Assembly: GCA_963924565.1 (NCBI GenBank)
Contig: OZ004615.1
Span: forward strand, 6,758,001-6,822,000
From: Ascidiella aspersa
Lineage: Eukaryota
DNA: 64,000 nt
Direction of reading: 5' to 3'
Shown here: positions 34,790 through 48,710 of the stretch, one piece after another
How the letters are laid out: the number at the start of each line of letters is the position of its first letter
Position numbering within the stretch: position 1 is the first letter of the stretch
Notes under the pieces: model-generated
Database searches by the model: none
What the model saw: the letters and a program-made list of their open reading frames with translations, nothing else
What the model was told of the DNA's origin: nothing
Position numbers and translations under genes: made by a program

Positions 34790-35361
34790 CAGGGAGTCGA
34801 ATTGGAACTTTATGAACCGGTTTTGGGTCAATTTTTTCCGAACCGTATCCGAACCTGAACCGTGTTTTGTAAGATTTTAAGGAGCCGAACCGAAACTGAA
34901 CCGAATAATTCAAAAGAACTTGAACCTTAACCGAATCTGAACCTGTAAACACAAGCGGTTCACTCCAACATGACGTCACAGCTGGTATTCTACAGAGTCA
35001 AGTTACACCATGCTCGAAATTTTATGAAAAAAAAAATGAATATTGATTAAATAAAGCGTTGATTTTTTATTTTTCTGATATTTCAATAACAAGTGCTGTT
35101 TTTTAATACGTCACGAAACTTAGATTAAATGACTTACAATTCAAAGATTGTTCTCTACATTTAGTGGCCTCATTTTTAGATTTAACGCAACTTATATATG
35201 GTGTACGAACCCTAACTTAATTAACCGGTTTTGAAATAACGAAGGTCGAACCGGAACTTTTAAATTGCTCCGAACCGAAACCGGAACTGAATAAGATTCC
35301 GATAGAATCTTTGAACCCGAACCGAACCTGAACCGGTAAAGTCAAACGGTTCGACTCCCTG
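34790..35361. mobile_element. hAT-type MITE, complete
   Basis: TIR CAGGGAGTCGAA / TTCGACTCCCTG; TSD GTTTCTAT / GTTTCTAC; second copy at 1-311. Confidence 0.9.
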
Positions 35362-38300
35362 GTTTCTACACTTAAAAAATATTAGCTGTCGCAGGTCACG
35401 TTTTGACAACGTAAACTCAACATCACATTCTTTATTACTAGTTGCATTATACATAAAATCATACTCTAATCTCTAAAAAAAAATAGCTAAAAAAAACAAA
35501 AAACGCAATGCCAAAACATTTTGCTAATCGTAGTACCAAAACACTTTGTTTATCCGATTTTGCGATACGAAAAAGATAAATACTTTCTCCATGCGACACA
35601 TTTGTTACAGGAACGCCAAAAGTCGCTTTTCCAACAAAAAAACGATTATACAAACGAAACTGGACCAAAGGTCGATTAATTCACGAACATAAAAGCAACT
35701 TAGGCTGTTCTAAATGCACCAAAGCAAGCGGTTGCACCACGCATAACACAGCGAGGCTTGTTCATTTTTTTATAATCTCCGTTGTTGGATCGATAGGATC
35801 GCGACGACCTTATCAGAAAACTAATTACGCACCTTATAGCGAACAGGGAATCAGCGGCAATACGAGCGTGAGTGCATTGAGCAATTTACTGTTTAATGTC
35901 GCCCTGCCCTTCTTGCTAAGTCAACTAAGTGCGTGGTTTTGAATATAGCGTTAATACCGCCTGATGCGCCCTAGATCGGCAAGAGACTTGATTTCCCTTG
36001 ATGGGTAGATTGGTTGGTATATAGGCACAGGGCAAAGAATTTCACGCGCTAATATTGTTAAATGCCTCACGTCAGAGTGTGGTGCATTTTGCGTTTTAAA
36101 ATGGTTCATTTGGAAATAATTTGATGCCCTATCGGCTGGGACTCTTGAGTTAATTTCACGAGCAAACCAGTTTGTTTGCGTTTCATTTCTTTTTTATGAG
36201 AAATTCTTCGAAATACCATCAGAATTAATAAAAAAATACAAATCCCAGGCCAAATAGTTTTTTTAATAAAAATGTTTTATTAAAGAGTTGATTTTGTTTA
36301 GGTCTGGCTTTTTATTGGCATTTCAAGCTGCTTGACAATAAACAGGAACTTGGTCGTTTCGTTGGATCGATAACATAGCTCATTCCGTGTAATATATTTC
36401 ATTTCCATTAAAATTATTGATTATTTGACGGAAACAACTCACAGCTGAAATTATCGACAACTTAGCTGGCTTGTGGCCATACAAGCTCGTAAAACGTAAT
36501 TTTCTAACTCGCCGATACCGGGTTTTCCTGTAAGTTTGAAAGCCAAGGAAATAATAAGGTCTGACGTTTGTTAAAAGGTATAAAAGTAGTTCGCCTTTGT
36601 AATATACATTTTCGACCCAGATGCCATCAACACACAAACAAAAAGTACTCCGATTTTGTTGTTCATGGTGGTTTTCTGAATATTTTAGTTCCACAGGAAC
36701 TGGTAATGCTACTGAAGCGAAACATAGGCCCTTAACTAAACGCCTTATGATGTACTTTCATGAAACTTTGAGCGGAACTTGTTTATAGACGCGTCAGTGG
36801 ACCAGTGATCGACATGCACAAACCTACTGTCAATGGTTGGAATATTATAATAAGGACACAGCCTCTTGTCCACAATGGTATGGAAACTGTAATTTGGAGA
36901 ACCTGACTAACGTTTGTTGTAAAAACGAAAATGTTTTTAGGCCAAACATAAGTATGTTTATGATATCGATATCGAATAAGTTATCGTTCAAAAACTTATT
37001 TTGCATATAACCATAACGAAACATATTTTATGCTATTCAAAGATAAAACAAAGAAAAAGCAGTACATTTTAAACACACGTTGTAAAAAGTACGCTAAAAT
37101 ACGAAAAATGACAGGTATATTTAGGCCAATCAAAAATGACTACCCCTGTTTATATCTGTAATTTGGCCTTTTTTCTTTCCACTGATTTCGATTATAACCT
37201 TTCGAAGGAATTCGATGCACTACTGTTTTTACCTGCCAAACTGTCCTTAAACGACCTAGCTACTTGCATACACAGCTGTTCCAACCCTGTCAGACCAGCG
37301 CTCGAGTAAGCAAGGACTTTAACGCGATTAATCCGTCGCCTCTGCGAGCCTTGACCTAGCATGAGCGCTGGTCCAGACCCTGTTTGGACTTCTTTTCCCC
37401 CGAGACGAGCAGCTCAGTTATGGAATGCATCACGCATCAAGCGAGCGGCAGTCGACAGTCGGCTTATCGAGTTGCGGTAGCAGCGAGCACTTACAAGAGC
37501 CGTCGATCCTTCAAGACACGCCGGCCTCGTCTTTACAGGATATTAAGATCGAGCCGAGAGCGAAGCGAAACGGGTTCCAGCAAAATAACGCATTACCCGC
37601 TCGGGCGTTCGCGTTAATTAGGCCCTAATGAGCTGGACCCGGTGTAAGTGACGCTCGCTCTAATTCTATGTGTGTAGCGCAGACTGCTAGACGACGGAAT
37701 TGGGCTGTCCCGAACTAAGGTATTTCATAAACCTAAATACATGTTTTATAACTAGAAACTACAGAGCGGTCTTGAAGGGGTCACTAGGCTAAATTATTCC
37801 AATTGTTCTTTGGTTAATGGTTTTATTACAATCAATCAAGGGCCACAGTGTATTGGGGGGGACAAAAAGGGGGACACAGCGAATGGAATATCGCGAACCA
37901 CTGGTTTGCGGAAAGCAGACAATGAGATGTACTATATTTTTTGTAATGCTGTTAGATTTGAAAACTAAAGCTGGATATAAAAAATAATCCAAAATGTGTA
38001 TACATGCCAAAGTACAGGTGGAACGTATAAACTGTATTTAATTGATAGTCCAACAGTTTGACCTTGTATTCTTTTTAAAGCAGGCTGTAATCAAAATACA
38101 TTTGATTATATACCTTAGTTTTTCATTGATTACATACCTTAGTTTTTTTCATGTATATATTTCCTGGTCATTTTTGTTCAAAAAATCATTTGACAGATTC
38201 ATTGAGATATTGGTAAGTTAATTTGCTTCCTTAGCAAGAAAAAAATACACTGACCTTCTTAAATGCTAAGATTATTTATCGATATACACCACAGACATTG

Positions 38301-41300
38301 CTAAACAGGATTTGGATTCGCGTTATATCTCAAACACCAAAAACGCGTTTAAAGAGGTATTTTCATATGGTTAGAGGTCTGCAGCAGTAAAATACGCAAT
38401 AATTGTGGTTTTCGGTGTAATTCGTATCTTACACAAAGTTTTTAGAAAGAAAGAAATGACATATTGGGTTTTCCAAAATCATAATTCTTTTAAAAATGAC
38501 AGCTATTCCGGGATAACCGTATACTCGAATAAAACACGCTTGTAAAAAAATAAAATAGTTTTAGTAGGCTACACACAATCTGCGATACACGAAACATGCC
38601 TGCCTGCTTCAGACTCATAATTCTTGCGTTTCAAAAAAAGTCGGAAACAGAATAACAGTTGTACGTCGAAATACAAAAAAGAAAACAAGGAATAATGCTT
38701 ATATAAAGTATTAAGCATAATTACTAAAACCCCAATACAGCCTTTCATGTTTTCAAATAACCTGTAAACTTAGTGTCTTTTAATGTGTTTGTGTATTTCT
38801 ATATTTGTTTAATAAAATATTAAAAGTACACATAAAATCCATTTTTTTAGGTTAAATAATAAACAACTTGACTAGCCATTAACTTAAACAACCTGCAAAA
38901 TATTTTTAACTACTTTCCGAAGACCCATTCAAATGACAGCATTCAGTCTGTCTTGGCTGCGCAACATGAAAGGTATCGGGTAAGTTCGGGAGACAGGAAT
39001 CAATTAATAATTAAATTCAAGGTAATACGAGACGAAACGAAAATGAGAAAACTGGCCACGTCAGTCCAAAGTCTTGGTGATCTGAAGCTGCGGAAGCTGA
39101 CCCTAATTTCGAGGAAGGGTAATTTGTCAAATTTTGTGCAGATGACGCTGATAGTTGAGTTCCAACTCAGAGCGTCCTTGGTGTTCATCAATTATTGAGA
39201 TAATATGGCGGTATAACCAGCGCCAGAATTTGCGACCACTGCATTAATGCACGTGATATTGAAAGCAACAACCGACATATTGAAGTGACGTTACACGTTT
39301 CCAGGAGGTTGAAAAATTACCTTCTTTTAAGTTATGATAGCGAAAGTGTGCACTGTAAATTTAGCCGTCAACACCCCACACTAAAATATGTCGAAATGTA
39401 GTAACACCCACATTATCCAGTTGTAAACTAAAAGTGGGTCTCTATATAAACATTCCACAACAGAAACGTATTTCGCGCAATCGTTTATTTATGTTAATCT
39501 AATATAAGCATTTGAAAATTTGTTTCAAAAAGGTGTTTTTACAGTTGGGCTCATTCACGTTTTTCAACGCGGTCTCGCAATCCGAAAACTCGTTACCACT
39601 CCGGCACGCCCACAAACGGTCAACGGCGGTATCAAACTTTTACCACTATTGGCAGCAACGCGCAACAGTGCCAAAAGTCGATCAGTTCGAATCCTCGTGG
39701 GTGTGATTGAAATTCTCGCGAGATCGCTTACAATAAAAGGCGGACGGAAGCAAATCAATAAAAGCGTAAGACCTTCGTCAATCAATGGGCTCGAGACACA
39801 GTGGAACAAAGCCGTGATTCGGAAAATGTCATAAAAAACTTATCGAGCGCAACTCAAATACGAACAGCGGTTCAACAGGGTGCGATGTTTCAATCGATGT
39901 GAACTTGATTGACGATGATGAAACAACGTAGCAAATTACGTTGGTGCGTCAATCAAATTTAAATAACATCGAGAAAAATACAAAAAATAAAATCAATTTT
40001 GGTTGTATTCGTTGGTCATGACTAAAGCGTTCAATAGAATAAATAAATTACAGCTTTTTTTTCGATTTTTGTTTTTCGATTAGCCAAAAAAAATGAAACT
40101 CAAATGGTTCGGCACAATTTTCGTTAACGTAAAAGCACTTTAGGGTAACTATGAAGATGAACAAATTTTCTCTTAATTGTGGGTCAGCTTACAGAAAGTT
40201 TTAAAGATCACAATCTTTAGGCATCATTAAATCTTAAAGCTTTTGTCAAATCCTTGGCCAGACAAGAAGTTTATATTTGTGGTGGCTATGTAAACTGACC
40301 GAATATGCGGCCGAAAAAGCAAACAGCCAACATACTACGTATTACGTATTATTACACCTTCTTTTTGAATCGCACCAAGCAGGGTTGGTATTTTGTTAAA
40401 ACGCTTTGCAATTAAAACGCAAAAGTAAATAAACTGGTATTATATAAACAATACACGATTTTTTTGCGTTGTTGTTTTATTTTTTAACTATACCTATGGC
40501 TGAGCATTGTCAGTCGTTAATTGCGTTGTACATCCAAAATAAACCAGGCAAAATATTAGGATCTAGATTTTAAAAAAATTTCAGAAACTAAAACACTTCA
40601 TTCAAGTAAGAATCGTCAGCTTTGATGAAAAACACAATCAAACTATCGCTTCGAACTGTTTTTCGGGTGCTTATTTCCATTATTCAAAAGCCTAATTTTA
40701 GTCAGACAGCCGACGTGGCATTTTTAGTTAATTAGAAACGTGAATCGGCGCCAGGATCGAAATGTTAGTCAGTTCTGAACGAAAAGACCATCTTGATTTG
40801 GAATACAATTCAAGAAGTGCGGTATACGTGTCGCCTTACAGTGTTATTATCGTTGCAAATCAAGATCAGTATTTTCCCGGTGCCATTAGCAGCAACAAAG
40901 GACTTAAAATCATTAGCGTGTATATTAGTTGAAGCTCGGTAGAGTAATTACATTTAATATGGTGTTTATTTGGTGGTTTGGGTCCACGCAACTGGCGTAT
41001 GCATTAGATCTAGTGCCCGTTCCCTGGTGTGCCACAAAAATCGGCGACAAACGCAGAGCTTTGCACAATCCAATTAAAATATTGACCCATCTTGCTTTTG
41101 TTTACTGCTTTAGCTGTTTTTGTTTTACACGGACCTTCAAATGGTGACAATTTAATTGCATTTCCTTTACGGTGATAAATGGAGACGGGAACTACGTTTT
41201 TTACTAGGGCAATTTAGATATACAGGGAATTTTTAAATTAGATTCGTGCTCCAGTTAAGCAAAAAAAATCGATTAGGTTCTCACAAAATAGTGTTGTGTA

Positions 41301-41524
41301 ATAAACGGAAAGACGATTTGATTTTTTTAAACGAAAAAAAAAAACGTTTTTGTTTTATTTTTTAGTGGCGAAAAATATTGTATAACCATAATAATTAGAT
41401 AGGCCTTTCTTACAAAAGTTTCCAAAATGTTTCGGTGCAAATGTGAACAAACGATTTGCAAACACACCATTTCTCCTCACAGAATTACCTCTTCAATCGA
41501 AATTCATAGGGAAAAAACGTTTAC

Positions 41525-41605
41525 CTCGGTTGGTGCCATTCCATCCATCTTTTCCACCGGCGTCGAAATTTTAGAGTGGAAGCATTTCCGTCCTAGGCAG
41601 CACAT
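41525..41605 (-). CDS. DPP6/10: Candidate alternative first exon C (MCCLGRKCFHSKISTPVEKMDGMAPTE)
   Basis: ATG directly after an in-frame TAA; GAG|GTAAAC donor in phase 0; lies at the edge of a GC-rich island. Confidence 0.4.
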
Positions 41606-42199
41606 TTATATCCCGACGACAGTTTGAAAGCGCAACAGCATTGGCGCTTGCTCAGAAGGCTACAATTAGCGCTTAAAACAATTCCTGGCAAGGTGCAACC
41701 ACAAATTAAACGCGTGCCGTGACAAATGAAAGTGCATACTGTCCGAGAATCCACAAGGGCGAATAGATACGGTTTCGATTGCCCTTGATCGTTTTTTCGC
41801 TTTGCAAAAATAGCCGACGCCGGCAGTATTTCAAACAAAGTCTCAAATAAATTCGAGCCCTGTTTTTCCCACAGTGCATACATTCGATCGAATTGGGCCT
41901 TCGGGTATGTGTATACGGACGAAAAGATGGTCTGGGTGAGGCTGGCCAAATAATTTTACGAGGGCCTTCAACTAATAAAAAACGATCCATAATCGATAAG
42001 CTATTGACTTTAATTAATAATAATGCTGGCGTCTCGCGCGGAAAAGTCACTGGGCATATTGTATGATATATGATTCAATGTTTACTGTCTCCAGTTGCCA
42101 GATGGTGTCTTGGCACAAGCTTAATCGGCAACGTCTAGTTCAAGCTATAGCGCGAAAAATAGAATGCACACTATAGTCACTAAGTATATTAAATTGGAA

Positions 42200-42594
42200 A
42201 ATATATGATACTAACGCTTACGTAATATCGTTTGACTTAGATATGCGAGTCCCTAATAATATTTTCTTGCAATATAACACTCTGGAATTCAGGTCTCGCA
42301 TTAATTGCTGGCTAATTATAACACACGGCTCGCTATAACGAATCATCCGTCAACGTCGACTCTCTGCGACTTGAAAATTAAACGTATTGTATAAGTTGAA
42401 TAATATGTGATACTGATGCTAAAAAATATCTTTTGACTTAGGATTTAGATAGGCGAGTCCTTGAAAATATATTTTGCAATTTACACTTTGGAATTCAGGT
42501 CTCGCATGCTTTGCTGGCTAATTATAACGAACGGCTCGCCATAACGAGTCATCCGTCAATATAAACTCGCTACGACTAAAAAATCGAACGTATT
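42200..42594. repeat. Diverged tandem duplication, units of about 200 bp
   Basis: TTTGACTTAG...GCGAGTCC...GGAATTCAGGTCTCGCAT...GCTGGCTAATTATAAC...TCATCCGTCAA...AACGTATT present twice. Confidence 0.85.
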
Positions 42595-45500
42595 ATAACG
42601 AGAGCTTTTAAACAAACCTTTCAAACTTTAATTTCTCAAGTCAAACGTTAACTAAATATGCCTAAACGGATTGCTTTATTAACTTACATTTTCACAATTT
42701 CCCCTTAAACACACTGGACACTGTTTCGGCTGTCGCACTTTACAGTAAAAATCTATTTAAGGCTTTAACTTTAAAAGAGCTAAGTAATAATATTTCACGG
42801 TGCCCGTAGGTGCGTACTCTGTGTTTTAAATATTCCATATTCCAATTATTGTTTTGCCCTAATAGGTCTATATAGGTTTAAATAGAAATCTACCCAGGTA
42901 AAGCTGCATAAGTGTCCGTAAATGAGCTTTAAGAACACAACATACCGAATTGACATAGCACATATTCACCACCCTTTGGTATCTACTTTCTCTCCACATC
43001 GTCATAGCACACGATACTCTTCAACAACGCCTCGACTCAGCGTGGCTTTCATCACCCACCACCTCTCGCACCTTTTCTAGCTGACTACCGTTGCGCGCCC
43101 TGCATAATTGAACAGTGACCGCCAAGCGAACGCGCTGTATAGTGTGCTGGGCAACTGTGCGCTGTCCGTGTGGCGCACATCTAAGAAACCAACTGAATAG
43201 ATACGCTGAGGGACGGTACACGTCAACAGAAATCCTTGCTTTCTCAACAATACAATAGTCTTGTGTTCACGGCCGGCTTTCGAAAAGGGTCTAACTCCCC
43301 CTTTTTGGTCACTCTTTTGTGCCCTTTTACGCGAACTCACGGCCTGTCTACAAAACCGCCTTAAAACCAACATTTTCACTGTGATTTAACCCTAAGCGGA
43401 CTTCTGCCAGAATTTAAATTTCAATAAGCCGGGGTCGTAAAATGACGAGAGCCTCTTTACAAGCTAGGACAACAGAATACTTTCGAAGCGGGTGTAAATT
43501 GGACTATTGTTCTCAAGCTTTATCCCTCAGGAAGAGCTATATTTTCAATTACTTTTCGTCCCACAGTTCCGACCGCTGACAGTTAAACAGGACGTTTTCC
43601 AGCATTTGGTGGAATTTCGAAAAAGGACTGTAAAGTAGTCGCCAACAAACGCTTCTCCAGGGCATTGTAAATTTAATGTGTTGAAATCCGCCTGACACCA
43701 TATCTGGAATTGCGATTTTCATTTTGAAGGTTTCGCAGAGCGATAGCTACGCTGGTGCGATAGGGCGTGGTGCACTGTAGCAGGTCCTTTGTAGTACATT
43801 AAAGACGAGTTTTAATAGTTTTACTGTATTTCATTTTATAATCCATTCACTCGATTTCCTCAAATGCTAAAACTTTCACAGACTTTACTCAACTGCGTTT
43901 CTCGAAAAATAGAAAACTTTTGTTAAGATCGGGCTCATCGCCTTGCTCGACTAAAGGCTTAAAAGCAATACTGCCTGGCATTTGATGGACCAGGTATTGC
44001 CATTAAACCTATTCAGGAGGCTGTTTTAAGTTGTAACTTTTAGCATAGTTTAGGTAGGGATCCAATCCTAAAAAGGGCACCCTTTACTTTCGAAAAGGGA
44101 AATTCGCCCCTTTTTGGGAAAAGTGGCACCGGTGTTCTTTTGACATAATATTAATATAAAAAAGAAAATGGGCGAAAAAGTCTTCTTGACCAACGGAAAC
44201 GTGACCTATCTACGTCAAAAAATATTCTTTCTAAATATTTTATGTCACTATATACAACCTCAAACATTTTGCTCACTCTTGCATCTGCATCTAAATTCGG
44301 CGACCATTGCAAGTTTAGTACCTCCAACTTTTCATAATATAATAAAAACTAAACTAATGTTCCTAACTGAGATTTGGTAACTTTGAGTAACTTGTTCCAC
44401 CTGTAATCGTATGCCTGTACTCAAAATACCATATCTCCTAACAAAACGAAGAAATTAAACTCAGGCAGTTCGCCAGCGGCCACTATAGTTTCGTCGAAAC
44501 TAATCCAGTAACAGTTTAGTGCCGGAACCGCCCTACTAAAAGCACCGATTTAGCCCGGCGGGAGCGAAGAACACCTTGTCCTTCGCAAGGCTGCGATGTA
44601 CGTGCATGTTGCAGCCTCTCGCGGGAACGCGTGTCGCGTCAATAATTTAACCCTGGCGCTGGCAATCTCGCGTCGCTAATGACCAAGTCGTATTGAATTT
44701 CTTCAGACGAACTACTTTTAGATGGGGACGAATATAAGACGGATGGGCGCGAAAAATCCATACTACAAGCTCGCGGTCTCGCGAAATGCCATCGGGTAAT
44801 GCGTATTGTGGTATTGCGCCAGACGTTTACGAAACATCCCTCTGGCAAACTAAACAAGAAAGACTAAGGCCTATTACCTATACGCATCTGACTTTTAAGA
44901 AATATTGTCTGACTTTTCAGAAATATGCAACTTGTTTAATAACTACTAGCTTCTTGATAAAACCCTAAACAATCCATACTGTATAACAAAGTTTAAATTG
45001 AACTATTTTTTATTCTAGACTTGTACTACATGGCCAACTTTACTGGCTGCCTTTACCACAATCCACAAATTATTATCTTATTACTAAATTATTCCTAGGC
45101 CATCTTATTATTGAAATATTATTACTAAACTATCTTATTACGCACTTGGTTAAACCTTTCACCAAATATTCATAAATAGTTGCACAACCCTAAGCCGTAA
45201 AACATGTATTTGCAATTGCAATGCGCGAACCATAGTTTCATCGACGACCACACAATACAGCGCTGTTCTATAAATGATATCAAGTTAATACCAAAAGTTA
45301 ACCAACACCCTCTTGAAAACGTGCAGTTATTACTTAAAACTATCCCATGTATGTGACTGAACAATTTTTCAGCTAAGAACTACATTGGAATACTGTTCAC
45401 TAGGCGAAACCGTTTTTGTCGGCCGAAAATGGTCGCCGATCCGGACAGAAGTCGACGAGGTTTTGATTCGGTTCAGTTGGCCCCAAAAGGCCGCGGGCGT

Positions 45501-45875
45501 TTCTTCTCGGCCGGAAAATGCGCCCAACATTTCTGTCATACTGGAAAAGTCAAGGAAACGGCGCGTTACACGGAGCCGCCTGGTCTAAGGGGAATACTTT
45601 CTAACACGCTTCCGGGAGGTGGGACCGTACACGCCCTTAAATTAACTCATTGTGTGTCAAGGTTTCACATGAGAATACACGGACGTGATTTTGGGGACCT
45701 TTGACCAAGAGAAAAGATTTCGCGTTTTTTTATGGAATAACATTTCCTGGTGATACGCCAAGTCAGCGGCAGTTTCGTTTCAGTTTCGTTTAGGAAAGCT
45801 CAAAGCTTCCAACTAAGCAACGCCTTGCTCAGACAGACTTTTGCAGTTAATATTATTACCTAAGGCGTCTATTTC

Positions 45876-46293
45876 TAGGGTTGTCCGATAATATCGGATC
45901 GGAGCCGATACCCGAGGCCAAGTTGTTGTATCGACACTCGTCCGTTAGCGGGGTGGTAACGGTGCAAACCGTCACTAAATTATATAGGAATTTAAGCCAC
46001 CTTTGCGATCCAATAGGGCGATTGCTAACTTGCAAGTTTAATTTATCAAAGAAATTGTAGATTAACAACTGGAGGTAACTAAAGCAAACGAAGGTAACTA
46101 TAGACCTCTTCACACTAAACCAAAATTTGGCCGAATAGGCTGATAAAATATACCATTGAACGTTTTAATTTCATATATTTTGTTTGATGGAGCATAGTAA
46201 TTACCTTTTTGTATCGGATCGAATCGCGATACTTTTCGTGAAAATCATCGGGTATCGGTATCGGATTATAATGTAAAGTATCGGACATCCCTA
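45876..46293. mobile_element. hAT-type MITE (ATCGG-rich family)
   Basis: TIR TAGGGTTGTCCGATA / TATCGGACATCCCTA; no clear TSD. Confidence 0.7.
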
Positions 46294-46927
46294 GTTGGTG
46301 CCTAAGACGAAACGGACAAGCACTTTTAGGATCAAATAATAATTGGACCAGGTTAACCCTATCAAATATAACCTCCTCAGAACTTACAACAAATAACTGC
46401 AGTTCGTAACGCAGCTAAAATATTGTAATACATTTTTTTTCATTCTTATCAAAAAAAGCTGAATATCTATCTGTTGTCCAACACAGACAAACCAAAAAGC
46501 TACAACTCCTAACAAAATTCAATTCTAAAGCTCCAAGTCTCGCTTAAAAACGTAACGACGCGGCTTGAACTGACAAAACGACAGCAGAACAAAGCACAAG
46601 ACAAGACAAGACGCAACAACACATTGCCACGGTAGCGTCACGCGTTCCTTAGCCGGGTCCGTGGAACTTAACGAAGCGTGGAAGAACCAAGGCAGCGACT
46701 CGACCGCAAACTTGTCTGCCGAAATTCGGCTCGCTGCACGTGAGCGTAACGAAACCCGGTCAAGCCCAGACCGAGGCCGGGCCGCCGAGCCCGACTAGAA
46801 GCCATTGCTTAATTGGTATTGATTAGAATTGAAAGTTAGTCGCCGTGAAATTACAGCCTCGGTTTTGTTCCTTTGCGCGGCGGAAATTAAAGGACAAAAT
46901 GCGTTTACTCTGCTGCTGCATCTAAGT

Positions 46928-47300
46928 TAGGAGTGTCCAACTCAAACATGCCGGCGTGCCAATTTTTATCCTATAACCACTTCCCATGCCAAAGTTTAGT
47001 AACTAATTTTTTCTAATAATAAAAGCGAAATAAAAAAAATTACAAATAATAAAAACGTGTAGTAGCAGTGCGCATTACTGCATCTAATTGTCCGTCGGTG
47101 AGCTGACTTTTTCTCCAACACCAAACTTAATAGTTATGTCAATGCTGGCCTCCACTATAATATAATGTTATAGTATTAGAAGTAACTGTTAGTTGTCTTG
47201 ATCGCCGCGATTGTTTTATATTGTGAATAAACAATGACAATTTACTGTATAAAAAATTAAGTATTTTTTTATGACGCGTTCCACTTGTTGGACACCCCTG
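46928..47300. mobile_element. hAT-type MITE
   Basis: TIR TAGGAGTGTCCAAC / GTTGGACACCCCTG; TSD decayed. Confidence 0.65.
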
Positions 47301-47582
47301 CTATAAGCTGCGTGCAGCGGTCGTAATCGGCCTCTTTGTATACGTTCGGCAGGTAAAATCTGACACGGTCACGAACATTACGCTGCATGCGGTTTAGGAA
47401 ATTGCATTCTGGATATTATAATTCAAAACCCTAAAATCACAGCTATTTTTTGGCGGAGGGGATTATTATCTATAGTTGTACCTATCGATAAAGAACGCTA
47501 ACCAAGCGGCGGAAAAATCACTAATTACCTTTTTGTATACGTTATCACTATTTACCTTTGCACTACACATCAATGTCTAGCG

Positions 47583-47684
47583 CAGCGGTTTTCAACCAGT
47601 GGGCCATGGCTCACTGGTGGGCCATAAGAACATTTGAGGTGGGCCGTAAATGGGCCACGAAAGAAAAAAGGTTGAGAACCACTG
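47583..47684. mobile_element. Minimal 102-bp hAT/Charlie-like MITE
   Basis: TIR CAGCGGTTTTCAACC / GGTTGAGAACCACTG; flanks GTCTAGCG / GTCAAGCA (6 of 8). Confidence 0.8.
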
Positions 47685-48072
47685 GTCAAGCAACTACACA
47701 TGGGTGGTTCATTTATTAATATACTTGATATTTTATTCCTACCGATAACCGATATTTTATGCAACAAGTCGAGTCGTCCGAACCGATACCAAGTGACGTC
47801 AAAATTGATAAAATGTTTCAACGTTTTGAGTTATTTTTTAGCGTATTTCAAAAAAATTACTTAAGCTTTATCGCGTCAATCTACTACTGTATCTAAATCT
47901 ACTGTTTTTAACTATTTTAGCGATTATTTTCTTTTTATTGTAGACTGCCGTTTTGTTGGATCGAACAGAATGTCTGAAATACCCGTACAAGTTTGGTATC
48001 GGAACGCTACCGACACAATTTTAGTTTTGGATAACGACCAATACTACCAACTTCAGGAGACGGGGATGCGAA

Positions 48073-48580
48073 CATTTTTTAACAATGTGCGCACATTCAA
48101 AACTGCCTTCAAAAATGTGCGCACCTTTTTTAACAATGTGCGCACATTTTGAACTACCTTCAAAAATGTGCGCTCTTTTTTAACAATGTGCGCACATTTT
48201 GGACTGCCTTCAAAAATGTGCGCTCTTTTTTAACAATGTGCGCACATTTAAAACTGCCTTCAAAAATGTGCGCTCTTTTTTAACAATGTGCGCACATTTT
48301 GAACTGCCTTCAAAAATGTGCGCTCTTTTTTAACAATGTGCGCACATTTTGAACTGCCTTCAAAAATGTGCGCACATCGCACATTTTGAACTACATTGAA
48401 AAATGTGAGCACTTTTTTTAGCAATGTGCGCACATTTAAAACTGCCTTCAAAAATGTGCGCTCTTTTTTAACAATGTGCGCACATTTTGAACTGCCTTGA
48501 AAAATGTGCGCACATCGCACATTTTGAACTGCATTCAAAAATGTGCGCATTGTTTTCACAGTGTGCGCACATTTTAAAAT
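48073..48580. repeat. 50-bp minisatellite, about 10 units
   Basis: Unit TAACAATGTGCGCACATTTTGAACTGCCTTCAAAAATGTGCGCTCTTTTT, period 50 (e.g. 48131, 48181, 48231, 48281, 48331). Confidence 0.95.
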
Positions 48581-48583
48581 GCC

Positions 48584-48710
48584 TTAGAGTTAGAGTTAGT
48601 TAGGGTTAGACTTAGAGTACAGAGTCTAGCTAACTCTACCTCTAACTCTACCTCTACCTCTACCTCTACCTCTACCTCTACCTCTACCTCTAACTCTAAC
48701 TCTAACTCTA
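48584..48710. repeat. Hexamer microsatellite (TTAGAG)n followed by (CTCTAC/CTCTAA)n
   Basis: Directly visible; the two tracts are reverse-complementary. Confidence 0.9.

Noticed and set aside
39670-39705. B-box-like GTTCGAATCC suggesting a tRNA or SINE
   Set aside because: No A box, acceptor stem or cloverleaf visible.
48073-48580. CRISPR-like regular repeats
   Set aside because: Units are fully tandem without unique spacers, the context is eukaryotic, and no cas genes are present.
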